This document shows, piece by piece, positions 63,600 to 64,000 of a DNA stretch of 64,000 bases. The notes beneath the pieces are model-generated. The model made no database searches. It saw only the letters and a list, made by a program, of their open reading frames with translations, and was not told the origin of the DNA. This DNA comes from Callorhinchus milii. Its lineage: Eukaryota. The DNA lies in NCBI RefSeq assembly GCF_018977255.1, contig NW_024704743.1, positions 23,376,001 through 23,440,000 of the forward strand. The letters are read 5' to 3'. The position numbers were made by a program, and so were the translations under genes. Numbering within the stretch: the stretch's first letter is position 1; every line of letters begins with the position of its first letter.

Positions 63600-64000
63600 A
63601 GGGTTGTTGAGGTAATCAGCAGTCCTTCTCTAACCTGTTCCAGTAATTAATTACCTTCTGGGTGAAGAAATACTTCCTGATCTCTGTCCTGTAATTACCC
63701 TTAGACGACTCAACCTGTATCCTTTTGTTCTGCCAAGTCGATGCATCTAAGAGTAATGATCTGGGTTTACTTTCTTAGTCCTGTTTAACTTCTTGTGTAC
63801 CTTTATGAGGTCCCTTCTCAGGAATATTCCTTCAAGACCAAAGGGCCTATCTTGTCTAATTGCTAGTTCAAATACTGAGGATCATTGTTGTGGTTCTCCT
63901 CTGCACTGGGTAGCTCCCCTGTGTATATAGCTTCCTTATGATAGTGACCAGCATTGTATGCAGTACTTCAGGTATGCCTAAAGCACTGTACAGCTTGAGT
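63600..64000 (-). mobile_element. Old CR1 fragment running off the window end
   Basis: CTGGGTGAAGAAATACTTCCTG, GAGGTCCCTTCTCAG, TGTATGCAGTACTTCAGG (rc of LKYCIQ). Confidence 0.7.

Overview
This window is vertebrate non-coding genomic DNA, AT-rich and either intronic or intergenic; it is not prokaryotic. The repeat content suggests a cartilaginous fish, plausibly a chimaera, but that is an inference. I recognise no cellular protein-coding gene, rRNA, functional tRNA or CRISPR array. Nearly all longer ORFs in the track are decayed LINE ORF2 fragments or their antisense shadows. The window holds a decayed CR1 spanning most of ORF2 (381-3620, minus) and many CR1 3' fragments. There are many 5'-truncated L2 copies of two tail types (A, B), two tRNA-headed Deu-domain SINE families (A, B) with L2-like tails, and a third dispersed repeat (C) that I cannot name. 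The most notable points are: (1) a 3' stem-loop shared by SINE-A, L2-A and L2-B with compensatory base changes; (2) family C, an apparent composite element with LF-SINE-like motifs; (3) an exact local 200-bp duplication inserted into a SINE head; (4) nested insertions with visible target-site duplications, including a SINE at a CR1 RT catalytic motif; (5) a speculative pair of plus-strand exons at 24.4-25.4 kb. I found no convincing new multi-gene system. Boundaries were read by eye and are approximate unless stated.
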